From: a virus
Taxonomy: Duplodnaviria > Caudoviricetes
Strand: one strand, 5' to 3'
Virus record (IMG/VR): IMGVR_UViG_3300031994_000033
Coordinates: 32,001-96,000 of that record
Length of the DNA stretch: 64,000 nucleotides
Part shown: in pieces, positions 19,752-27,389 of the stretch
How the letters are laid out: every line of letters begins with the position of its first letter
Numbering within the stretch: the first letter of the stretch is position 1
Made by a program: the position numbers and the translations under genes
The notes under the pieces: model-generated
What the model saw: only the letters and a program-made list of their open reading frames with translations
What the model was told of the DNA's origin: nothing
Databases searched by the model: none

Positions 19752-20162
19752 ATGCTAGACATAACGAAATCTCCAGACTTCAAGAGAGTAGGCGACAAGC
19801 TAGACTCTGGCTATTACGACATCAGCTTGTTCAACAATTCTGAAGAATATGAGTGCAAGGGAACTTACGCTATGGACCAGGCGCTAGAGAACATTCTGCT
19901 GACTATTCCGGGAGAGCGTCTATTCAACTTGGAGTTCGGAAGTCCACTGTATCTTCTGCTATTTCAGAAAAACTATGACCAGGACGAACTGCGTGACAAG
20001 ATATATCAGTCGATAGAGAATGCTCTCAGCATAGTGATAGACAGAGACACTTCAGATCTCGGAACAACTGATGATCCGCATGTTCTGCTGATACACTTCA
20101 GATACTCAACTAAGGACGGAGTCATAACTAATCATGAGTTCACTAGACGATTCAGCAAATAG
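19752..20162 (+). CDS. baseplate wedge protein, gp25-like
   Basis: QALENILLTIPGERLFNLEFGS matches the gp25/GPW signature. Confidence 0.85.
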   Translation: MLDITKSPDFKRVGDKLDSGYYDISLFNNSEEYECKGTYAMDQALENILLTIPGERLFNLEFGSPLYLLLFQKNYDQDELRDKIYQSIENALSIVIDRDTSDLGTTDDPHVLLIHFRYSTKDGVITNHEFTRRFSK

Positions 20163-20541
20163 AGTTGCAAAAGCATATAAGTCGTTCGACATCTCTCAAG
20201 CTCTCAAAGGCAAGCAATGCTCTTATGATCCAGGCACGGATCAGATAACATTGAACTTCGAGACGATAAGGCGTTACCTTGACATATTCAAGATACTTCA
20301 CGAACTAGCTCATCGAGAGCAGAAAGTGCAGATGCTAATCTATGGCGACGAACCACAGATAGAGGTGAGCGCAAATCGGATTGCTTATGAGGCTTACGAG
20401 AAGCTCGGATATCCGCTGACATATGAAGTGACGAGACACATAAACTTCAATAACGTCTATCAGCTAAATCGAGATCTGAGTCAGCGAGAGATAATGCGCA
20501 CGATCGCAGGAAAGAAGGAACTTATATGGCGTCTACCATAA
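20134..20541 (+). CDS. putative HExxH metallopeptidase (ImmA/IrrE-like)
   Basis: ILHELAH followed by EVSANRIA. Confidence 0.5.
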   Translation: MSSLDDSANRVAKAYKSFDISQALKGKQCSYDPGTDQITLNFETIRRYLDIFKILHELAHREQKVQMLIYGDEPQIEVSANRIAYEAYEKLGYPLTYEVTRHINFNNVYQLNRDLSQREIMRTIAGKKELIWRLP

Positions 20542-21335
20542 TCGAAAACGCAAAACAAGAGCTAAAGAGATTCAACGACATCTCGATCGAGCCCATCGCT
20601 CACAAGTATAGCGACTCGCTAGGAACTAAGTACACTTCCGTTACGACTTTTGTCGGCAAGTTCGCTATCCCTTTTGACAAGACTAGAATGGCTCTAAAGT
20701 GCGCTCTACGGGACGCTAGGCCAGTCAATGAAGTGTTGGATGAGTGGGAACAGAAAGGAGCTTACGCACGCTGTCTAGGCACTGAAGTGCACGCTGTGAT
20801 GGAGCATCTGTGGAAGCAAGACGAGAATAAGCCCGACTACGACGCTATGAGCAAGTTTCCTGGAATGATCGAAGACTTCGAGTACCGCAAAGGAATCTGC
20901 GTTGACTTGTACGAGAAGATGAAGAACGTGTATGAGCCGATCGCGAACGAAGTCATCGTGAACGACTCAGCTCTCGGTCTCTCTGGAACTATCGACTTCG
21001 TGGCTTACAACAAGCGCACTGACACGATCGACATTCTGGACTGGAAGACTTCTAAACAGTTCTCTGTGAGCTCTGGATCGCAGATGATGAAGGATCCGTT
21101 TGGTGAATTTCCGAACACTAATGTGTCCGAGTACAGCCTACAGCTCAGTCTATATAAGTACATCGTGGAGAAGCACACGGACCTGAAGATCAACGAGCTT
21201 CGCCTGTTCCAGATCCCAGGAAAGGGAAAGATGAAGACGATCAAGTGCTACGACATGGTCGACATCCTGAAGACGAAGCTGTTCAACGCAGAGACCTTGT
21301 CGAACGGTGAAATTCTCGAATATACTCAAAAATAA
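20526..21335 (+). CDS. PD-(D/E)XK exonuclease (RecB/Cas4-like family)
   Basis: YTSVTT, GTEVH, SGTIDF, ILDWKT and YSLQLSLY. Confidence 0.85.
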   Translation: MASTIIENAKQELKRFNDISIEPIAHKYSDSLGTKYTSVTTFVGKFAIPFDKTRMALKCALRDARPVNEVLDEWEQKGAYARCLGTEVHAVMEHLWKQDENKPDYDAMSKFPGMIEDFEYRKGICVDLYEKMKNVYEPIANEVIVNDSALGLSGTIDFVAYNKRTDTIDILDWKTSKQFSVSSGSQMMKDPFGEFPNTNVSEYSLQLSLYKYIVEKHTDLKINELRLFQIPGKGKMKTIKCYDMVDILKTKLFNAETLSNGEILEYTQK

Positions 21336-21443
21336 GTATATTTCACTGCATGGACATAGGTAGCAACAATTCATATCCATCAGGCGCTCAGAAAACGGCT
21401 AAAAAGAGAAAAAACTAAGAATTTTTAAGTTTTTCGAGAAAAT

Positions 21444-21486
21444 GGGTTTACAAACTCTGCCGAAATACCTATATTAACAATGTAAA
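21444..21486 (+). promoter_or_regulatory. early sigma70-like promoter
   Basis: GGG-TTTACA-N17-TATATT-N6-GTAAA; the same architecture occurs at four loci. Confidence 0.8.
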
Positions 21487-21517
21487 ACAAAGATCAACTC
21501 CAACAAGGACCAGAACT

Positions 21518-22039
21518 ATGATCAACACCGCCGCACTTTCCGCCCTAAAGGGAATCCACAACACCGTCAAGATCATCACGACGAAGCAGGGCTCACCTTT
21601 CAACGAAACCAAGAAGAACAAGGCTGCTCTTCTAGAACTCGGCATTGACGTCGACAAGATGGTCAAGGTAACCACTTTCAACTGCTTCGCAGGCTCCGAC
21701 ATCGACTACAATGAACTCTACGAAGAACGCGCTGGCGAGAAGAAAGAGTCTCGCCCGATCAACACCAACAACACTTGGGTTGAAGGACTCGAAGGCATTC
21801 TCATGACCAACGCGACGACTGGCAACAAGCTGCTCCGCATCTACACGGACAACGACCACAAGGCTAAGTCGATCTACATCTACGAAGGTCAGATCTTCGA
21901 CGACTATAAAGAAAAATATGCTGAATATCTCAAGAAGCCCCGAAACATCAACGAGAAGGCTGAAGGACTCTGCCCTATGTCTCTCACCCTTGAAACTATC
22001 ACCTCTATCGAAGTCGATGGCAACAAGATCAAGCTCTAA
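21518..22039 (+). CDS. early hypothetical protein
   Basis: Early promoter and AAGGACC RBS. Confidence 0.75.
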   Translation: MINTAALSALKGIHNTVKIITTKQGSPFNETKKNKAALLELGIDVDKMVKVTTFNCFAGSDIDYNELYEERAGEKKESRPINTNNTWVEGLEGILMTNATTGNKLLRIYTDNDHKAKSIYIYEGQIFDDYKEKYAEYLKKPRNINEKAEGLCPMSLTLETITSIEVDGNKIKL

Positions 22040-22058
22040 TTTTGTTAAACCGAATAAC

Positions 22059-22093
22059 GAAGTGGCGTCAGACTTAACTTGGCGCCGCTTCTT
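22059..22093 (+). terminator. terminator-like hairpin
   Basis: GAAGTGGCGTCA...TGGCGCCGCTTC-TT. Confidence 0.55.
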
Positions 22094-22119
22094 ATTCACA
22101 ACTTAAGGAACACATATCG

Positions 22120-22581
22120 ATGGCAATCGCACGATATAACCTCAAGATCTCCTCCAACGGCAATGTTCTCATTGCTCTTCCTACCACCTCCAAGACCGCT
22201 GGTCACAACGACTGGGTGCTGCCGAGCGATCTAATGACTGCCGAAAATCCGGCAGACGCCGTAAAGAAGCTGTTCGTTCAGCTCACCGGTCGTGAAATCG
22301 ATGAAGTCGCACGCAACAAGCATGCGCTTCAGTACATCCAGCGCGTAGATGACGACAAGGTCAACTACCGCACCGAAGTTGTCTTGGATGAACAGCTTCC
22401 GATGAGCTTCTCCACGAGCTCGCTCACCCGATACGACAAGTCGAGCGGCCTTCGCATTCCGAAGTATGTGAAGTTCAAGTGGGTTCCAGAAGATGAGCTA
22501 TATTACTGGCTCACTCGCCAGTACTGCCGTCTGGAAGATATCCGCATCTCTTACTTCTATCCGGACAATGGGCGTCCGTAA
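22120..22581 (+). CDS. degenerate Nudix-fold protein
   Basis: WVLPSDLMTAENPADAVKKLFVQLTG has Nudix-box spacing but lacks the Gly/Glu residues. Confidence 0.4.
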   Translation: MAIARYNLKISSNGNVLIALPTTSKTAGHNDWVLPSDLMTAENPADAVKKLFVQLTGREIDEVARNKHALQYIQRVDDDKVNYRTEVVLDEQLPMSFSTSSLTRYDKSSGLRIPKYVKFKWVPEDELYYWLTRQYCRLEDIRISYFYPDNGRP

Positions 22582-22593
22582 TAGGAGAAGATC

Positions 22594-22872
22594 ATGGATA
22601 ACGAAAATCTAAGCCCATTCTTGGAGAGTCAGCAAGAGAAGTTCTTGATGACTAGTGACGAGATTCGCGAGATGGTCGAACAGAAAGACTACAGTGACTC
22701 TCGAAAGCAGATTCAGGGTATGACTCAGCACGAGCTTCAGATTCTCTACTACTGGGGATTTAGAAGCAAGAAGTACATCTTCTGCTCTGCGGCTGCCGGT
22801 CTTCTGAAAGAGCATTACGGCTCTACCCCGAACTATGAACTGTGCTCGGAACGCATGTCCGAGTACACTTAG
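22594..22872 (+). CDS. hypothetical protein
   Basis: 92-aa ORF with an AGGAG RBS. Confidence 0.65.
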   Translation: MDNENLSPFLESQQEKFLMTSDEIREMVEQKDYSDSRKQIQGMTQHELQILYYWGFRSKKYIFCSAAAGLLKEHYGSTPNYELCSERMSEYT

Positions 22873-23030
22873 CTGATTCGGTTCTGTCCAGATCCCGATA
22901 TAAATAATCTGGACGAAGCAATTGGAAGCGCTTCTCCACTTGAGGCGCTTCTTTTGTATGCACCCGAAGCAGACTGCCTAGGATCAGCTAATCGTCCATA
23001 TCCGTGCAAAATGCACAAGGAAACAATACA

Positions 23031-23489
23031 ATGGATGGAATCATCAATCAAGGTCTAACGCTGGCTGACCAGCTTCAGAATGCGCTCAATCACTTCGATC
23101 ACTATATGCCGTCTCCGTTCGAGAAGGCGATCAAGTCGGAATTCACGCCAAACTGTCACTGGCCATACAACGTCGTAGAGGAAGAAGATGGCTCGATCAC
23201 TTATGAAGTAGCAGTTGTCGGAAAGACTAAAGACGACATCACCGTCACTTCGAAGGAGACTGACACTCTTCCGATGCTGATTATTGAAGTTGAAGACGAC
23301 AAGAACGAGACTAAGCGCAAGATGATCGAAGAGAGAATCAAGCGTGGACATCTCAGACTCGAGATCAGCGTCGAGCCGAAGTATGATCTATCTCAGATCA
23401 AGCCGAAGGTTCAGAACGGTCTGCTGACTGTGAATGTTCCTCTCGCTAAGATTCCAGAACCGAAAGTGACTAAGTACACTATCGAATAA
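23031..23489 (+). CDS. small heat-shock protein (Hsp20/IbpA-like)
   Basis: WPYNVVE, EVAVVGKTKDDITV and NGLLTVNVP alpha-crystallin motifs. AAGGA RBS before ATG 23031. Confidence 0.85.
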   Translation: MDGIINQGLTLADQLQNALNHFDHYMPSPFEKAIKSEFTPNCHWPYNVVEEEDGSITYEVAVVGKTKDDITVTSKETDTLPMLIIEVEDDKNETKRKMIEERIKRGHLRLEISVEPKYDLSQIKPKVQNGLLTVNVPLAKIPEPKVTKYTIE

Positions 23490-23494
23490 GGGGC

Positions 23495-24196
23495 ATGATG
23501 GACTTCGCTAGAACAGCTCTAAAGAATCTGACAGATCCTCAGCCCTCTTACGAGTGGACGAGAGCTGCTCTAGTGAATACGATCAATGACTACGTCAGAG
23601 CATCGCTGTTGAGAAATCTGAATAGTTCTTGCTTGGGAGTCAAGGGGACTATTCTATTTCCAAACAGCGCTCCTCTTCCATATTATTATCTTCCAAACTC
23701 TGGTCCTAGTTGCGGTGGAGTGATCTCTTTCACTCCAGGAATAGCTACCGATGCAGACTACGACTCGGTCACAACTAAGACTAGAAACGGAGATAGATCC
23801 TTCTGGGAAAACTATTTCGAGCTGATCGGAAGAACTCTCTTCAGATCGGTCGTCAGCATAGCCCCGATCATTTCTAATGGCAGCTCTTCCACTCCATTTC
23901 CTTATACTGTTGAAACATTGAGCTCAACGAACTCGTACTATCTGACTATAGGAAACGCTTTCACTTTGAACAAGCCGTTGGATGACTGGCGAGCTGCTGG
24001 ACTTGCAGTAGTCCTTCAGATGCAGTCGAGACGCTATCAGGATAGCGAATCAGTATGGAATCTAGTAGGATCTCACGTCAAGCGTATCGCTAACAGAATG
24101 TATCTATGGAGATACTATACTGGATCAATAAAGCGCATCACGGATCCAGCTCCTGGTGTGTTTACTGGACACATATTCGGAAATTTGATTTTTTGA
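23495..24196 (+). CDS. hypothetical protein
   Basis: 233-aa ORF within a structural gene cluster. Confidence 0.6.
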   Translation: MMDFARTALKNLTDPQPSYEWTRAALVNTINDYVRASLLRNLNSSCLGVKGTILFPNSAPLPYYYLPNSGPSCGGVISFTPGIATDADYDSVTTKTRNGDRSFWENYFELIGRTLFRSVVSIAPIISNGSSSTPFPYTVETLSSTNSYYLTIGNAFTLNKPLDDWRAAGLAVVLQMQSRRYQDSESVWNLVGSHVKRIANRMYLWRYYTGSIKRITDPAPGVFTGHIFGNLIF

Positions 24197-24208
24197 CTGA
24201 GGTCGATC

Positions 24209-24820
24209 ATGGCAGAGACTATAAACAAGAACGTAAACTTATTCACTAAGAACAAATATGAGCTATCGCTCAGCAACATTCCCAATCTGACCATCATTCC
24301 GGACTCAGAGCTAGATCTGTCTACTTTTACGACTTCAGTCAAAGCTGTTCAGCTACCGAACATCACTAGCAATCTGCTTCACAGCTACTGGCAACACGAA
24401 GATCAGCTTCATCCTAATCCTCAGGGTGCGAGAGAGACGAATACTATCAACGTCACTTGGATGCTAGACTCGAAGTTTCTCAACTACATCATCTTCGCAG
24501 CATGGGCACAGGGCTCGAGATATGGAATTCCAGCTCGAAAGAAAGAAGACGGCTATGACGGTCTTCTACGAGACAACTGCATCGACAGGCTAGACGTATA
24601 CTCGCTAGACAACGCTAAGATGCCTTCCGCTAAGCTGTCGTTCTTCAAGGTTTTCCTGACTGGACTAGGAAACCTCGATCTCGAGTTCGGTGACGCTTCG
24701 ACAGTCACATTCCAGACGACATTCGCTTATCAGAAGTTTGGACTGACTGTGCAACAAAAGATGCCCGACGGCACTTGGGCCATCGAGCCTTTGAAAGGTC
24801 CAGTCGTATCGAAGGTCTAG
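24209..24820 (+). CDS. tail tube / tail completion (gp3/gp19-fold) protein
   Basis: VKAVQLPNIT, INVTWMLDS and LTGLGNLDL...FQTTFAYQKF pattern. Confidence 0.65.
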   Translation: MAETINKNVNLFTKNKYELSLSNIPNLTIIPDSELDLSTFTTSVKAVQLPNITSNLLHSYWQHEDQLHPNPQGARETNTINVTWMLDSKFLNYIIFAAWAQGSRYGIPARKKEDGYDGLLRDNCIDRLDVYSLDNAKMPSAKLSFFKVFLTGLGNLDLEFGDASTVTFQTTFAYQKFGLTVQQKMPDGTWAIEPLKGPVVSKV

Positions 24821-25575
24821 ATCTCTGGAAGGAAGAAGTCTGTAGTCAGCGGAACGTCTGCATAGGCCGTATTGCCGCACGAGCATTCGAAGCTGGCTTT
24901 CGCTTTAGCGCCGAACGCGTACTTCTTCAAGTGTGTGATCAGTCTAGCATAGTCCATAGCGCTTCCTTTTCCTCTCACGAAGTATTCATAAGCTTCATAT
25001 AGCGACACAGAGCTGTCGTTTATCTTCTTGATGTGAGAAGCTACCGTCATCATGTCGACATCGATCGTCTCGATATAAGACGGATCGTTCTTGATCTTTG
25101 CGATGTCTATCTCGTCACCAATCGTCGGAAAAGAGACCTCTAGCTTGTCTCCGTTTGGAAGATCGACTTCCGGCTGAAGCTCTTCTTCAGCATATACGAC
25201 GATCAGATTTGACAGCTTGTAGTCATACCAAGCTTCTTTCTTGCACTTCGGACATATTCCTTTGACCTTCATCGGAAAGTCGTTGTAAGTTATCGAGCGA
25301 AGATAGTAGATCAGCCACAGCTTGTCGTTTCGCTTTATGTCTGCAAGATCGATTCCGGTTACTGCTGAAGAGATGACATAGTTGAAGACTCGATCGACAG
25401 TGAGCTTAGTCACTTTTGATAGTTCTTTCATCTCGATAGCGCTAAGCTTTCTCGCATACAGATCGTTCTGATAGTAGCGGCCTCTAGACGGCAGGAGATC
25501 TCTGTTTATCAAGATCCGTCCGCTGGGCTTGGTCTGCGCCTTCGGCATATCTTCACTCTCACGTATAGCTCTCAT
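24817..25575 (-). CDS. baseplate hub assembly protein, gp26-like
   Basis: LPSRGRYY, YLRSITY, CPKC, FPTIGD, a C-terminal CSCG and DFF. Confidence 0.7.
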   Translation of the reverse strand: MRAIRESEDMPKAQTKPSGRILINRDLLPSRGRYYQNDLYARKLSAIEMKELSKVTKLTVDRVFNYVISSAVTGIDLADIKRNDKLWLIYYLRSITYNDFPMKVKGICPKCKKEAWYDYKLSNLIVVYAEEELQPEVDLPNGDKLEVSFPTIGDEIDIAKIKNDPSYIETIDVDMMTVASHIKKINDSSVSLYEAYEYFVRGKGSAMDYARLITHLKKYAFGAKAKASFECSCGNTAYADVPLTTDFFLPEI

Positions 25576-25600
25576 AGTTGAACTCCTTTTAAGTTACAGA

Positions 25601-25855
25601 TTATTTATGTTTCTTTCTGATCTCTTTCTGCTTCTTTGGCATCTCTGCATTCAGAGACCTTCCAACGATGTCGACTATCGTTCCGTCTGGGCGATATACC
25701 CGGAGAAAGTTATCTCCATTCGTATCTTTCTTCCACTCATATCGATTTACGTCGGTGTGAACTTCGTAATATGTCTTGTCATTGCACACTCGAATCGTTG
25801 TGGCTAGCGCAAATGCAGCAAAGATCGCTAAAATCAGGTAAAATGCTCTATTCAT
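25601..25855 (-). CDS. small protein with an N-terminal TM/signal anchor
   Basis: FYLILAIFAAFALA hydrophobic segment; TATAAATA 7 nt upstream on the minus strand. Confidence 0.65.
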   Translation of the reverse strand: MNRAFYLILAIFAAFALATTIRVCNDKTYYEVHTDVNRYEWKKDTNGDNFLRVYRPDGTIVDIVGRSLNAEMPKKQKEIRKKHK

Positions 25856-25913
25856 AGTCTAGTATTTATATACCGTATAAATAATCAAAAAAGCGCAATA
25901 TGGAGAATTTAAC

Positions 25914-26807
25914 ATGGGAATCATGGAAAAGCTTTCTGATATGAGAAGAAGAGTCGATGAAGACTGGAGAGACGACGCTAGAGCCGCTAAAGCGGCGAAG
26001 TGGGTACACGATTTTCATCGCGAAAGACTAGAGAAGCTGGACTTCAGGATGGACACCAGTTTTGGTGACTTCAAAGTGGAAATAAAACCTAGCCGGAATG
26101 GCGGACTCGGGGTAAGTGTCTATCTTGGAGACGATTATCTATTCTACGAGAATTTCGAAAATGGCAAAGAGGTGAAAGAGTTTATCGAGAACGAACTGAC
26201 TGATAAGATCTATGAAAGAGTTCGAGATAAGTTAAAATATAAGATCGAGAAGATGCCGAGAGATGAGGCGAAGTCAGTATTGAAAAGATTTGACGGTCTT
26301 CTTGATGAGCTCGATAAAGAAGTCGATCTGAAGATAGACTTTGACGAACTTGATCGAAAGCTGCATCGTTACCAAGTATATTCGAATGCTCTGAATGCTA
26401 GAAATAGCAACAAGTCTGATCTAGAGTATCGTGCTAGAAGAAACTTCGAGAAGGAACACGGATTCGAAGTAGGTGACGTAGTCTATGGCACTCACAGATC
26501 AGATCTGAGAGACGGAAAGGCTTATGTCGTAACTGAAATTATGAAAAACGCTAGTGACAATCGGCACTGGAAGTACAAAGTCGAACCTGAGAACGGTCGC
26601 GGTCAGGGGGCTATAGTCTATGGATATCAGCTCTATCTTGACAGTGACGCGATAGACGCAGCCATCAACAACCCAGACGATCCGAAGTATACACCGAAGT
26701 TCGACCAGCAGCAGTACATGATTGACCGCTATAGCGCTGACCGTCAGTTCGACGAAGCAGTCGAACTTCTAAACAGCTGCGGCATGATCGTAGAATCCAG
26801 ATCGTAA
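25914..26807 (+). CDS. charged hypothetical late protein, possible internal head protein
   Basis: Late promoter, GGAG RBS, C-terminal FDEAVELLNSCGMIVES. Confidence 0.65.
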   Translation: MGIMEKLSDMRRRVDEDWRDDARAAKAAKWVHDFHRERLEKLDFRMDTSFGDFKVEIKPSRNGGLGVSVYLGDDYLFYENFENGKEVKEFIENELTDKIYERVRDKLKYKIEKMPRDEAKSVLKRFDGLLDELDKEVDLKIDFDELDRKLHRYQVYSNALNARNSNKSDLEYRARRNFEKEHGFEVGDVVYGTHRSDLRDGKAYVVTEIMKNASDNRHWKYKVEPENGRGQGAIVYGYQLYLDSDAIDAAINNPDDPKYTPKFDQQQYMIDRYSADRQFDEAVELLNSCGMIVESRS

Positions 26808-26830
26808 CAGAAACTATATAAAAATCGTCA

Positions 26831-26862
26831 AAATCTCTGTAGAATTTCTACAGAGATTTTTT
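26831..26862. terminator. palindromic terminator-like element
   Basis: AAATCTCTGTAGAATTTCTACAGAGATTTTTT. Confidence 0.65.
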
Positions 26863-26871
26863 CTTGTTTTA

Positions 26872-26914
26872 GTGTTTAGAATTCTCATGAAAATACCTAT
26901 ATTATAGGCGTAAA
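26872..26914 (+). promoter_or_regulatory. early sigma70-like promoter
   Basis: TTTAGA(26875)-N17-TATATT(26898)-N6-GTAAA. Confidence 0.8.
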
Positions 26915-26933
26915 CAAAACAAGGACCGTCAAT

Positions 26934-27239
26934 ATGAAGTACACGAAAGACCAAAAGACCCGCATGATCGCTAAGCTAGAATCCATGAAGAGCGGCACTA
27001 TCTTCGACCTCAACAAGAAGGACGTCTGTCCCATCAAGTGCAAGCTCGTCAAAGACCGCAACTCTCTTTCGATCCTCGCTACAGAGCTCAACGACGAAGT
27101 TCTCTTCACTGCTAATGGTCCTCATAAAAAGGTCATGGAAACTGCCGTCGACTGCATCGAAGACTACATCAATCACTGGGATCTGATGGTGAAGCAGTTC
27201 TTCATCTCTAAAGCCCGCTTGGAAGGCTACGAACCTTAA
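26934..27239 (+). CDS. early hypothetical protein
   Basis: Early promoter and AAGGACC RBS. Confidence 0.75.
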   Translation: MKYTKDQKTRMIAKLESMKSGTIFDLNKKDVCPIKCKLVKDRNSLSILATELNDEVLFTANGPHKKVMETAVDCIEDYINHWDLMVKQFFISKARLEGYEP

Positions 27240-27300
27240 CAAATTTGTTTATTTTAACATTGTGAATTGTTAAGATCTAAAAATATCTTATATTATAGAT

Positions 27301-27371
27301 AACGGCTGGTCGTTGTTAGCTCCGGATCAGCCTGAGCGCTACCGTCCTGGTCCTTCGATAGCGCTCTTTTT
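27301..27371 (+). ncRNA. putative ~70-nt two-hairpin small RNA with anti-RBS loops
   Basis: TTGTTA-N16-TATATT promoter at 27267-27294. Stems 27304-11/27325-32 and 27334-41/27359-66, then a T5 tail. No ORF. Confidence 0.55.
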
Positions 27372-27389
27372 GTGTATAAATACTTTGAT

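Noticed and set aside
21337-21440. tRNA or other known RNA gene in intergenic gaps
   Set aside because: Only a weak hairpin is present. No cloverleaf or T-loop signature was recognised here or elsewhere.
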